Part shown: in pieces, positions 18,528 to 28,268 of the stretch
Position numbering within the stretch: position 1 is the first letter of the stretch
Layout: every line of letters begins with the position of its first letter
NCBI GenBank assembly: GCA_023251775.1
Contig: JAHEYC010000003.1
Span: forward strand, 2,324 to 66,323
Origin: Sphingobacteriaceae bacterium
Lineage (GTDB): Bacteria > Bacteroidota > Bacteroidia > B-17B0 > Aurantibacillaceae
DNA length: 64,000 nucleotides
Direction: 5' to 3'
Translations under genes and position numbers: made by a program
Notes under the pieces: generated by a model
Databases searched by the model: none
The model's input: only the letters and a program-made list of their open reading frames with translations
Told to the model about the DNA's origin: nothing

Positions 18528-20423
18528 ATGTTCAATATTTTTAAATGGTTCTGGTCGTATAATTTACCGCGTTGGTCAATACTTCTGATCGACACGGGAA
18601 TTTGTGCGTTTTCTTTAGGACTAAGTTTTTTTATTCGCTTTTATTTTGAGAAAGACAGCATGTCGCCTCAGGATAAGGCAAACATTCCTATTGATCTTTG
18701 TATTGTTCTTGGTATCCGAATAATTTCTTTCATTTTTGCGAAAACCTATAAAGGAGTTGTAAGATATACAAGCTCTAAAGATGCTACACGAATTTTTGTT
18801 GTTGTTATTCTTGGAACAATTGCTATTTCGCTGGTGAATCTTATTTTATTTTATACCGGAGATAAAACCTATGTCATTCCGAATTCGATCATTATCATTG
18901 ATGCGCTTTGTACCTTGTTTTTAATGATCAGTTCACGTTTGGCAGTAAAAGCCTTATTCCTCGAAACAAAAAATCCAACCAGCGAGCGTATGAATGTGAT
19001 CATTTTTGGTGCCGGAGAAGCGGGGATAATAACCAAGCGAACTTTAGATAGAGACGCTGCCATTAAATATCGTGTGGTTGCTTTTGTGGATGATGATGAA
19101 AAGAAAAAGGGAAGAAGTTTAGAAGGTGCATTTATTTATACAACGGATAAATTAGCACGGCTCATTAAAGAAAATAATGCCGAGATAGTGATCATAAGTA
19201 TCCAAAATCTAAGTGCAGCAAAAAAGAACGAGATCACCGATATTTGTTTGAATAATAATACAAGGGTTTTAAATGTTCCTCCTCCAACTAAATGGATCAA
19301 TGGCGAATTAAGTTTCAATCAGTTAAAAACAATAAACATTGAAGATCTTTTAGAACGCGAACCAATTAAGTTAGATGCAGATCTTATAAGCGATCAAATA
19401 AAGGGAAAAGTGATCATGATCACCGGTGCAGCAGGTTCTATTGGAAGTGAATTAGCAAGGCAATGTATGAAATTTGATCCTGCAAAAATTTATTTGCTCG
19501 ATCAGGCCGAATCGCCACTGCACGAATTGGATCTTGAATTCTACGACAAATACAAAAAAGGAAGTTATGAAGTAGCACTGGCGGATGTGCGAAATGTAGA
19601 ACGCATGCAAAAAGCATTTCTCACATTTAAACCGAATATAGTTTTTCATGCGGCTGCATATAAGCACGTGCCATTGATGGAAAATAATCCTTCTGAATCG
19701 GTTTTTACAAATGTATTAGGAACAAAAGTATGCGCTGATCTTTCGGTGGCGCATAACGTTGAGAAATTTGTTTTTGTGAGTACCGATAAAGCGGTGAATC
19801 CAACCAATGTAATGGGCGCAAGTAAACGCATTGCCGAAATTTATATTCAGAGTCTTGGTAAAAGTAATAAAACACGTTTTATCACCACGCGTTTTGGAAA
19901 TGTTTTAGGATCGAACGGCTCTGTTATTCCAAGATTCAAGCGACAAATTGAGAAAGGCGGACCGGTTACGATAACACATCAGGATATCACGCGTTATTTT
20001 ATGACCATTCCCGAAGCTTGTCAATTAGTTTTGGAGGCCGGATGCATGGGAAAAGGAGGAGAGATCTTTGTATTTGATATGGGTAAATCGGTTAAAATAA
20101 TTGATCTAGCGCGCAAGATGATAAAACTTTCGGGATTGCAGGAAGGAAAAGACATCAAAATAGAATTTACAGGTTTGCGCCCGGGCGAAAAATTATTCGA
20201 AGAACTATTAGCCGACAAAGAAACTACGTTGCCAACACATCATAGTCAAATATTAATTGGAAAAGTTCGCGAGTATGAATATCAACAAGTGAACAAGACC
20301 ATTGAGGACATCATCATATTATTTGATACACAAAACAACGATCTTATTGTGCAGCGCATGAAGGATATTGTTCCCGAATACAAAAGCAGTAATTCTGTTT
20401 TTGAAAAACTCGACAAAAAATAA
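18528..20423 (+). CDS. membrane-anchored NDP-sugar 4,6-dehydratase, CapD/WbpM/PglF family
   Basis: 631 aa. Four N-terminal TM helices. Two Rossmann motifs (IFGAGEAG and ITGAAGSIGSEL). SDR catalytic region STDKAVNPTNVMGASKR. Confidence 0.85.
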   Translation: MFNIFKWFWSYNLPRWSILLIDTGICAFSLGLSFFIRFYFEKDSMSPQDKANIPIDLCIVLGIRIISFIFAKTYKGVVRYTSSKDATRIFVVVILGTIAISLVNLILFYTGDKTYVIPNSIIIIDALCTLFLMISSRLAVKALFLETKNPTSERMNVIIFGAGEAGIITKRTLDRDAAIKYRVVAFVDDDEKKKGRSLEGAFIYTTDKLARLIKENNAEIVIISIQNLSAAKKNEITDICLNNNTRVLNVPPPTKWINGELSFNQLKTINIEDLLEREPIKLDADLISDQIKGKVIMITGAAGSIGSELARQCMKFDPAKIYLLDQAESPLHELDLEFYDKYKKGSYEVALADVRNVERMQKAFLTFKPNIVFHAAAYKHVPLMENNPSESVFTNVLGTKVCADLSVAHNVEKFVFVSTDKAVNPTNVMGASKRIAEIYIQSLGKSNKTRFITTRFGNVLGSNGSVIPRFKRQIEKGGPVTITHQDITRYFMTIPEACQLVLEAGCMGKGGEIFVFDMGKSVKIIDLARKMIKLSGLQEGKDIKIEFTGLRPGEKLFEELLADKETTLPTHHSQILIGKVREYEYQQVNKTIEDIIILFDTQNNDLIVQRMKDIVPEYKSSNSVFEKLDKK

Positions 20424-22063
20424 TGCAACTAAAAAAAGTATATTTTCTTGTTTTCATTTCACTTGGCCTAAATTCTTTGTCGCAAACGGTAAAGAAAGCC
20501 GCTTCCTCAAAACCAAGATTAGTTGTGGGTATTGTGGTAGATCAAATGCGCAATGATTATATTTATCGTTATTGGGATAGATTTGGAAATGGCGGCTTCA
20601 AAAAATTGATCAATAACGGATTTTATTTGCGCAACGCACATTTTAATTATGTCCCAACCATTACAGGCCCGGGTCACGCCAGTATTTTTACAGGCACAAC
20701 GCCAAAAACGCATGGTATCATTGCAAATGATTGGTACGATAGGACAAGCGACAAAAAAATATATTGCACACTAGATGAAAATGTAAAACCTATTGGTACG
20801 GATGCTAAAGAAAGAAAAAGATCGCCGGTTAATTTATTAAGCACAACTATTGGCGATGAATTAAAACTAAGCAGCAATGGAAGATCAAAAGTGTTTGGTA
20901 TTTCGTTGAAGGATCGCAGCGCTATTTTTCCGGCAGGACATGCCGCCGACGCCGCATTTTGGTACGATGATTCTACAGGTTATTTTATTTCATCATCGTG
21001 GTACGTAAAAGAATTACCTGCTTGGTTAAACGATCTTAACGCAAAGGAATTATCAAAAACCTATTTGCAAAAGGGATGGAATACATTAAAACCAATTGAA
21101 ACGTATACGAATTCCATCGCCGATAATAATACTTACGAAAAAGCTGAAAATAAAAAAGAAACTCCAACTTTCCCATATAGCTATTCTAATTATTTAAAGC
21201 CGGGAAAATACGGGATGATAAAAGAAACGCCTTATGGAAATACCATTACAAAAGATATGGCCATTGCCTGTATTAAAAATGAAAAATTAGGCAAGGATGA
21301 ATTCACCGATCTGTTGACCGTTAGTTTTTCAAGTTCTGACATTATTGCGCACGCGTATGGTCCGCGTTCGGTAGAAGTGGAAGATATGTATCTGCGTTTG
21401 GATCTTGAATTAGAAGAATTGATAAAAACGTTGGATGCAGAAGTGGGCGCAAATAATTATGTACTTTTTTTAACGGCCGATCACGGTGGAGCCGATGTGC
21501 CAAATTATTTAAAGGATAATAAGATCCCCGCTGATTATTTTGACGAGAAAAAATTTAACGTACAACTCAAAGAATATTTTCAAAAGACATTTAACGATCC
21601 AAGTATCTTTATTCTTTGCTACGATCAACAAGTGTATTTAGACGAAGATAAATTGGATAAGATCAATAGGGGATATGTGGAAAAAAAATTATGCGATTAT
21701 TTAGTTACAGTGGATGGGATAGCGGAAGCTTATCCGTCGGTAGCACTTAAGAATGGGAATTTTGACGGTCGCGATACAAAAACGCTGATTCAAAACGGCT
21801 ACAATCATAAACGAAGCGGCAATGTAGCTTTTTCATTAAAACCGGGATGGATGGATCATGAAAAAACAGGAACAACACACGGAGCAGCGTATTCGTATGA
21901 TACACACGTGCCCATTATTTTTTACGGAAGCGGTATTGAAAAAGGAAGTTCGTTGAATTATTACAAGATCACACAAATTGCTCCAACCATTTCCGATCTT
22001 ATTAAAATAAATTATCCAAATGGTTGTATCGACGATCCAATAGAAAAAGTCCTTACGAAATAA
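20423..22063 (+). CDS. alkaline phosphatase/nucleotide pyrophosphatase superfamily enzyme, PafA-like
   Basis: 546 aa. Signal peptide. VVDQMRNDY. Nucleophile region PTITGPGHASIFTGTTP. Metal ligands LTADHGG and GTTHGAAYSYDTHVP. TAATG overlap with the preceding gene. Confidence 0.75.
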   Translation: MQLKKVYFLVFISLGLNSLSQTVKKAASSKPRLVVGIVVDQMRNDYIYRYWDRFGNGGFKKLINNGFYLRNAHFNYVPTITGPGHASIFTGTTPKTHGIIANDWYDRTSDKKIYCTLDENVKPIGTDAKERKRSPVNLLSTTIGDELKLSSNGRSKVFGISLKDRSAIFPAGHAADAAFWYDDSTGYFISSSWYVKELPAWLNDLNAKELSKTYLQKGWNTLKPIETYTNSIADNNTYEKAENKKETPTFPYSYSNYLKPGKYGMIKETPYGNTITKDMAIACIKNEKLGKDEFTDLLTVSFSSSDIIAHAYGPRSVEVEDMYLRLDLELEELIKTLDAEVGANNYVLFLTADHGGADVPNYLKDNKIPADYFDEKKFNVQLKEYFQKTFNDPSIFILCYDQQVYLDEDKLDKINRGYVEKKLCDYLVTVDGIAEAYPSVALKNGNFDGRDTKTLIQNGYNHKRSGNVAFSLKPGWMDHEKTGTTHGAAYSYDTHVPIIFYGSGIEKGSSLNYYKITQIAPTISDLIKINYPNGCIDDPIEKVLTK

Positions 22064-22069
22064 AAATTT

Positions 22070-23320
22070 ATGTATCAACAGTTCAAAGATTCATTTAGTA
22101 AAATTGTAGTTGTAGCCGCATTAGGTTATTTTGTGGATATCTACGATCTGGTTCTCTTTGGAATGGAACGTGTAGCAAGTTTGACTGATATTTTAAAAGA
22201 TACATACACTGATCCCGCTGAGTTAAAAAAACAAGTAACCGATGTTGGGGCAAATCTTTTGAGCTCTCAAATGATCGGAATGTTAGTGGGTGGTTTGTTC
22301 TGGGGAATTTTAGGAGATAAAAAAGGACGATTGACCGTTTTATTTGGAAGCATCATCACGTATTCTCTTGCCAACATTGCCAATGGTTTTGTAACCGATA
22401 CATTTTGGTATGGTATTTTACGTTTTGTTTCAGGTTTTGGTTTAGCAGGTGAATTAGGTGCGGGAATTACCTTGGTAAGCGAGACCATGAAAAAAGAAGA
22501 TCGCGGAATTGGAACAACCATTGTGGCATCCATTGGGTTATTTGGCGCCGTTGTTGCAGGATTAACTACTATTGCTATTGATAATTGGAGAGCGAGTTAT
22601 TTTTTAGGAGGTGGAATGGGATTGTTATTATTATTTCTGCGTATTGGGATCTTCGAAAGCGGAATGTTCGATCAGGTAAAGCAAGATAAAAATGTAAAAA
22701 AGGGAAATTTCTTTTATCTCTTTTCGCATCCTAAATTAATTTTAAAATATTTGAATATTATTTTAATTGCTATTCCTGTTTGGTTCGTGATGTATTTTTT
22801 GGTTCAGTTCGCTCCCGAAATGTCGAGCGCACTTGGTTTGGTAAATGGGCCAAAAGACGGAAAGATCCCCATTATGGTGGCATATATTGGAATTACTATT
22901 GGAGATGTAGTGAGCGGAATCATGAGTCAGAAAATGCGCTCTCGAAAAAAAGTACTCTTCATTTTTATTTCTCTTACGCTATTATTTAGTATCATTTATT
23001 ATCTTTTTGCCGGCGTTTCGGTATTTGTATTCTATTCCATTGTTTTTTGTATTGGTTTTGGAACAGGGTATTGGGCTGTGTTCATGAGCGGGGCTTCTGA
23101 ATTATTTGGAACTAATATTCGTTCAACCGTTACAACTACGGCCCCAAATTTTGTGCGTGGCTCGGTAACATTAATGACATTTGCCAATGTTTCTATGAAA
23201 CCTTCCATTGGAGTTGTCAATTCGTCATTAATCATTGGTGGCATTGTATTTGTATTGGCCTATTGGGCTTGTTATAAATTAGAAGAAACATTTGCAAAAG
23301 ATTTAAATTATACAGAATGA
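22070..23320 (+). CDS. MFS transporter
   Basis: 416 aa, about 12 TM helices. GDKKGR loop motif between TM2 and TM3. Confidence 0.8.
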   Translation: MYQQFKDSFSKIVVVAALGYFVDIYDLVLFGMERVASLTDILKDTYTDPAELKKQVTDVGANLLSSQMIGMLVGGLFWGILGDKKGRLTVLFGSIITYSLANIANGFVTDTFWYGILRFVSGFGLAGELGAGITLVSETMKKEDRGIGTTIVASIGLFGAVVAGLTTIAIDNWRASYFLGGGMGLLLLFLRIGIFESGMFDQVKQDKNVKKGNFFYLFSHPKLILKYLNIILIAIPVWFVMYFLVQFAPEMSSALGLVNGPKDGKIPIMVAYIGITIGDVVSGIMSQKMRSRKKVLFIFISLTLLFSIIYYLFAGVSVFVFYSIVFCIGFGTGYWAVFMSGASELFGTNIRSTVTTTAPNFVRGSVTLMTFANVSMKPSIGVVNSSLIIGGIVFVLAYWACYKLEETFAKDLNYTE

Positions 23321-23679
23321 GATCAACCGTAATAATTGGCGCATCGCCAAACCCTGAGAATTACAGCTATAAAGCAACCGTAAATTTAAAGGCGCAAGGA
23401 CATAAAGTTTATCCAATTGGAATAAAACCAGGAGATATTGAAGGAGAAAAGATCATTAATGATCGTCCAATTCCTAATGATGTTGATACAGTAACCATGT
23501 ATCTCTCTGCAAAAAATCAAAAAGATTGGTACGACTATATTCTATCATTAAAACCAAAACGTATTATTTTTAATCCCGGTACCGAAAATCCGGAGTTTGA
23601 AGAAATGACAAAGAAGCAGGGGATAGAAACCTTGAATGCTTGTACGTTGGTAATGTTATCTATTGGAAATTACGAATGA
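23317..23679 (+). CDS. CoA-binding domain protein (YccU/YneT-like)
   Basis: 120 aa. VIIGASPNPENYSY...GHKVYPI pattern of small CoA-binding proteins. ATGA overlap with the MFS gene. Confidence 0.65.
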   Translation: MRSTVIIGASPNPENYSYKATVNLKAQGHKVYPIGIKPGDIEGEKIINDRPIPNDVDTVTMYLSAKNQKDWYDYILSLKPKRIIFNPGTENPEFEEMTKKQGIETLNACTLVMLSIGNYE

Positions 23680-24113
23680 AATGGATCACAAAAACATTTG
23701 ATCAATTAAGTTTGCACGAATTGTATAGCATTTTGCAATTGCGTGCAAGAGTATTTATTGTTGAGCAAGAGTGTCCTTACCAAGATCTCGACGATAAGGA
23801 TCAACAAGCCTGGCATTTATATGGAGAAGAAAACGGAAAAATGTTGGCATATGCGCGCCTGCTCCCTCAAAATGTAAATTATCCCGAGCCAAGTATTGGC
23901 AGAGTAATTGTCGATCCTTCTTTAAGGGGTAGGAATATAGGAAAAGAATTAATGAATCGATCGATCGCCAAATGCGAGGAACTTTTCAAAACAAAAAAGA
24001 TCACCCTCTCTGCGCAATGTTATCTAATTAAATTCTATAATGAATTAGGATTTAAAGAAGAGGGCGAAGAATACGAAGAGGATTTCATTCCTCATATTAA
24101 AATGAAAAAATAA
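23676..24113 (+). CDS. GNAT-family N-acetyltransferase (ElaA-like)
   Basis: MKWITKTFDQLSLHELYSILQLRARVFIVEQECPYQDLDDKD is typical ElaA. Acetyl-CoA motif RGRNIGKELM. I prefer the ATG at 23676 (ATGA overlap) over the track start at 23640. Confidence 0.75.
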   Translation: MKWITKTFDQLSLHELYSILQLRARVFIVEQECPYQDLDDKDQQAWHLYGEENGKMLAYARLLPQNVNYPEPSIGRVIVDPSLRGRNIGKELMNRSIAKCEELFKTKKITLSAQCYLIKFYNELGFKEEGEEYEEDFIPHIKMKK

Positions 24114-24116
24114 TTT

Positions 24117-24917
24117 ATGATCAGAATAGCAATTATTGGCTGCGGCAATATGGGTTTAACCTATGCTAAAGCTTTTTTAAAGGACAATATCGTTTCTCAA
24201 AAAGATATTTTACTCATTGAAAAGAATGCTGAAATAAAAGATAGATTAAAACCATTTGGAAATGTGGCCAATCAAATTGATGAGCGTATCCATGGTTTTG
24301 ATACCATCATTCTTGCCATAAAGCCTCAAGATTCAAAAGCAATTTACGCCGATCTTAAAAAACATATCAAGCCGTCGCAATTACTTATTTCTATTATGGC
24401 GGGAATTACGATTGAAACATTAAAAGAGAATTTGGGTCATGTTAGTATTATTCGAGCCATGCCAAATACACCCGCTCAATTAGGAATGGGAATAACCGGA
24501 TTTACTGCAAGTAAAGAAACCAATATAAAAGATGTGTTGAAAGCAGATAATCTTTTAAATAGCACAGGGAAAACAGTTTTTTTTGATGATGAAAGTAAAT
24601 TGGATGCAGTTACGGCATTAAGCGGAAGTGGCCCAGCCTATTTTTATTTTATTGCCAGCGCCATGATAGAAGCCGGGAAACAAATGGGAATTGACGAGCA
24701 CATTTCATCGTTATTGGTAAAGCAAACCATGAATGGCGCGTTTCATTTAATGAATACATCCGAAAATAATTTGGATGATCTAATTAAGTCAGTAGCTTCA
24801 AAAGGTGGTACAACGGAAGCTGCACTTTCTGTATTTAAAGATGAAAAATTAAAAGAAGCTCTTGTAAATGGAATTGTAGCTGCTGAAAAACGCGCTAAGG
24901 AACTTTCTAAGTCCTAG
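24117..24917 (+). CDS. proC: pyrroline-5-carboxylate reductase
   Basis: 266 aa. IAIIGCGNMG Rossmann motif, RAMPNTPA, SGSGPAYFYF, SKGGTTEAAL. Confidence 0.85.
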   Translation: MIRIAIIGCGNMGLTYAKAFLKDNIVSQKDILLIEKNAEIKDRLKPFGNVANQIDERIHGFDTIILAIKPQDSKAIYADLKKHIKPSQLLISIMAGITIETLKENLGHVSIIRAMPNTPAQLGMGITGFTASKETNIKDVLKADNLLNSTGKTVFFDDESKLDAVTALSGSGPAYFYFIASAMIEAGKQMGIDEHISSLLVKQTMNGAFHLMNTSENNLDDLIKSVASKGGTTEAALSVFKDEKLKEALVNGIVAAEKRAKELSKS

Positions 24918-25963
24918 CTTTCATTCGCATAATACAATTTATAATACTTCATTCCCTTTCCCTCATCATATCCGCGCTCCACATGATCATGTTGTCCGTG
25001 AATATAGATATGGAAATTCTTATCCAATTTCACAACACTCTTCATGTATTTTGAATTCTTTTTAACGGCAGTAGGCGATACTTCAAACTCGTCAATGGCC
25101 TGAAGGTCGTTGCGATCATTGTAATTATGTCTGTATTCGCTAAAAGCGGTGATGAGTCCTTTATCAACTAGAATCTCTTTTTCAAAATCCTTAACCTTAA
25201 AGTGATCTTTCTCCTTAAAATAACTTGCGCTTTTGTTCAACATCATCATTTGATCTTGTTTGCTTACATTATTTTGTTCGGTCAATACCTCTTCACAAAA
25301 ACCTCGCGAAGCATCCATAAAATTCTTCGTAAAATAGTAGCCGTTCTGTTTTAATTTTGCGCCCAAAAAATCTTCTTCCCAATATAAAGCGCACTCGGCG
25401 TTGCGATTGTTATTATCAATGATACTTAATTTGTAACCTTTTGCTTTTTCGGTATTAAATATCAAAGCGCCCTTGTCTAATTTATAAATATCAATGCCGT
25501 CATCGCATTCCAGATCAAAACTATTTAAATGCTGGTAAACTTTTAAATAGGTTTCTTTGTTCTCGGTCTTAAAATAACCAATAGCGTCGCATAATTCACC
25601 GTCTACCATAGCATCCTTAAAATAACATACGTAAAATTCACCGCCTTTTATTTTTGGGTGAGTGCTTTGATCGTGCAAATGTTTTGCAAGTTTTTTGCTT
25701 TGCGATAAAAAATTCTTTTGCGAACCAAAAAGATCTTCGCTCATAGTGGCAACGCTTTTAAGGCTTACATCAGCCTTCTTTCTAAACTCGTGATAAATAT
25801 CAGTTTTGAAAGGATCCAAAAAGTAACGCAAAAGAGTTTCCTTTACAAAGTCATCTTTGAATTTGATAAGGTCTTCGCTTAAAGTAAGTTCTTCTCCAAG
25901 GCCTTTGTTACCAACGTAATGTATAACAAAATGTGTAAGCTCGGCGCGGGTAAAATCTATCAT
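24914..25963 (-). CDS. nucleoid-associated protein, NdpA/YejK-like
   Basis: 349 aa. N-terminal LTHFVIHYVGNK...LTLSE pattern that I recall from Bacteroidota NdpA-family annotations. Not verified by search. Confidence 0.55.
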   Translation of the reverse strand: MIDFTRAELTHFVIHYVGNKGLGEELTLSEDLIKFKDDFVKETLLRYFLDPFKTDIYHEFRKKADVSLKSVATMSEDLFGSQKNFLSQSKKLAKHLHDQSTHPKIKGGEFYVCYFKDAMVDGELCDAIGYFKTENKETYLKVYQHLNSFDLECDDGIDIYKLDKGALIFNTEKAKGYKLSIIDNNNRNAECALYWEEDFLGAKLKQNGYYFTKNFMDASRGFCEEVLTEQNNVSKQDQMMMLNKSASYFKEKDHFKVKDFEKEILVDKGLITAFSEYRHNYNDRNDLQAIDEFEVSPTAVKKNSKYMKSVVKLDKNFHIYIHGQHDHVERGYDEGKGMKYYKLYYANES

Positions 25964-26090
25964 AAAAAAAGTATTTGTGCTAAAGTATACTTATTCTCCA
26001 ATATTCCTTTAACAAAATTTAAACAGGTAAAAATTGTTACAATTGGTCATTTTTGGTGTCTAAATAGTAGCAATAGTGCCTCAAAGTGAT

Positions 26091-26098
26091 TAAATTTG
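26091..26098 (+). promoter_or_regulatory. candidate Bacteroidota -7 box (TAAATTTG)
   Basis: Exact match to TAnnTTTG, 8 nt upstream of the ATG at 26107. Confidence 0.35.
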
Positions 26099-26106
26099 TA
26101 TATAAC

Positions 26107-28218
26107 ATGAGAACCATAGTAAATATCCTAAAAAAGAAGTTTGTCATTATACCCTTAGTTCTGGTTGTTACCTCTTTTACCGTTTTCAATTACGTTTTCA
26201 ATAAGAACGAACTTATCCTTGATATACTTTTGGGCGGCTTAACTCAAAATCATTATAATCCTGTAAAATTAGATGATGCTTTTAGTGAGAAAGTATTTGA
26301 TCTGTATTTAAAACGTACCGACGCGAGTAAAAAATTCCTTTTGCAAGAAGATGTTGATCTGTTGACTAAATACCGACGCTCTATTGATGATCAATTAAAA
26401 AACCAAAGTCACGATTTTTATAAGATCTCGGTTGATCTTATCGCAAAACGTATCAAAGAAAAAGAAAGTTGGTACAAAGAATATTTATCAAAACCACTCG
26501 ATTATACAACAGAAGAAACTTACGAGTCGGATGCAGAGAAAGCGACTTATGCTAAGACCTCGGACGATCTAAAAAAGGAATGGCAAAAAATGTTGAAGTA
26601 TCAAGTGTTGATGCGTATCGACGAATCTTTGAACAGACAAGAAGCTGCTATCGCAAAAAAAGATACATCGATCAAAATAAAGTCGTTTGATACTTTAGAA
26701 TTGGACGCGCGTAATAAAGTGATCAAAGCAAATAATAATTTATTCAAATATTATAGCAAACTAACGCCTAAAGATCGATTTGCGCTTTATGCAAATGCCA
26801 TAACAGGAATTTACGATCCGCATACGGAATATTTTGCTCCGCGTGATAAAAAGAAATTCGATCAGGCAATGAGCGGACAGTTTGAAGGAATTGGTGCGCG
26901 TTTAATGCGTACCGAAATGGGTCAGTTGAAGGTGAGTGAAATTATTATCGGAACACCAAGCTATAAACAAGGCGAACTCAAACAAAATGACGAGATCCAA
27001 AAAGTAGCGCAAGGTGAAGGTAAAGCTGTGGATATTTCCGAAATGGAAATGGATGAGGCTATTGAATTGATCAAAGGAAAAAAAGGCACTGAAGTTCGCT
27101 TAACTGTAAAAAAACCGGATGGCACTATTAAAGTAATTCCTATTGTTCGTGATGTGATCGATATGGATGAGACCTTTGCAAAAAGCGCTATCTTAAATAA
27201 TAAAACAAAGACAGGCTATATTTATTTGCCATCGTTCTATACTGATTTTGTTGGTTCGGGATCTCCTAACGCTCATCGTTGTGCTAGAGATATGCGTGTA
27301 GAGATAGAGAAATTGAAAAGAGTGGGGGTAAAATCAATTATTATTGATCTTCGTGATAATGGCGGTGGATCATTACAAGAAGTTGTAATGATGGCAGGAT
27401 TATTTTTTACAAAAGGTCCGGTTGTACAAGTAAAAAATAGAGACGGTTACATAAAAGTAATGGAAGATTATAATTCCGATGTTGTATGGGATGGTCCTTT
27501 AGCTGTAATGGTAAATCACGGAAGTGCCAGTGCCAGCGAAATTTTGGCTGCTGCTTTACAAGATTATAAACGCGCTGTGATCATTGGAACGCCAACATTT
27601 GGAAAAGGAACAGTTCAATCGTTCTTGAATTTGGATGGCTATTTAATGCCGCAATTTGATACTATTAAACCGATAGGCGAAGTAAAAGTAACTCAGCAAA
27701 AATTCTATCGCGTTAATGGCGGATCAACACAATTAAAAGGCGTTACACCAAATGTGATGTTGCCTGATATTTATGCGCTGATCGATAGAGGCGAAAGAGA
27801 ATTGGACTATCCAATGCCTTGGGATGAAGAGAAAAAAGCGAATTATACTGAGTTCACTAATATCAATTACGAGAAGTTAGCAAAGAACAGTGCCGCACGT
27901 TTAAAAAAGAACGAGCAATTCAAAGCAGTGGAAACTTTTTCGAAAGAGTACAAGGCAAAAAAGGATGAGTCGCTGGTGAATTTGAAATTAGATAAATTCA
28001 GAGCTGAACAAAAATATTGGAGAGATCAGAATAAGAAATACGATGAGATCAAAAAAGAGATAAAAGAATTTAGTGCCAACCCTTTGGAAGAAGATATGGC
28101 TGCGTTTAAAAGCAAAGGAGATACTGCTAAAGTGGGTATAGCCAGTCGTTGGACCAAGAATATCTCAAAAGACATCTATATCTACGAAGCAAGTAATATT
28201 GTTAGCGAGATCAAGTAA
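26107..28218 (+). CDS. S41 carboxy-terminal processing (tail-specific) peptidase
   Basis: PDZ region FEGIGARL. Catalytic Ser in NHGSASASEI and Lys in TFGKGTVQ. Start moved from the GTG at 26086 to the ATG at 26107 (MRTIVNILKKKF) because a -7 box sits inside the longer ORF. Confidence 0.85.
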   Translation: MRTIVNILKKKFVIIPLVLVVTSFTVFNYVFNKNELILDILLGGLTQNHYNPVKLDDAFSEKVFDLYLKRTDASKKFLLQEDVDLLTKYRRSIDDQLKNQSHDFYKISVDLIAKRIKEKESWYKEYLSKPLDYTTEETYESDAEKATYAKTSDDLKKEWQKMLKYQVLMRIDESLNRQEAAIAKKDTSIKIKSFDTLELDARNKVIKANNNLFKYYSKLTPKDRFALYANAITGIYDPHTEYFAPRDKKKFDQAMSGQFEGIGARLMRTEMGQLKVSEIIIGTPSYKQGELKQNDEIQKVAQGEGKAVDISEMEMDEAIELIKGKKGTEVRLTVKKPDGTIKVIPIVRDVIDMDETFAKSAILNNKTKTGYIYLPSFYTDFVGSGSPNAHRCARDMRVEIEKLKRVGVKSIIIDLRDNGGGSLQEVVMMAGLFFTKGPVVQVKNRDGYIKVMEDYNSDVVWDGPLAVMVNHGSASASEILAAALQDYKRAVIIGTPTFGKGTVQSFLNLDGYLMPQFDTIKPIGEVKVTQQKFYRVNGGSTQLKGVTPNVMLPDIYALIDRGERELDYPMPWDEEKKANYTEFTNINYEKLAKNSAARLKKNEQFKAVETFSKEYKAKKDESLVNLKLDKFRAEQKYWRDQNKKYDEIKKEIKEFSANPLEEDMAAFKSKGDTAKVGIASRWTKNISKDIYIYEASNIVSEIK

Positions 28219-28268
28219 ATCCCCCCTTACATTTTATAAAATTTTGCGTTCTTTGTAAAAAGAGCGCA

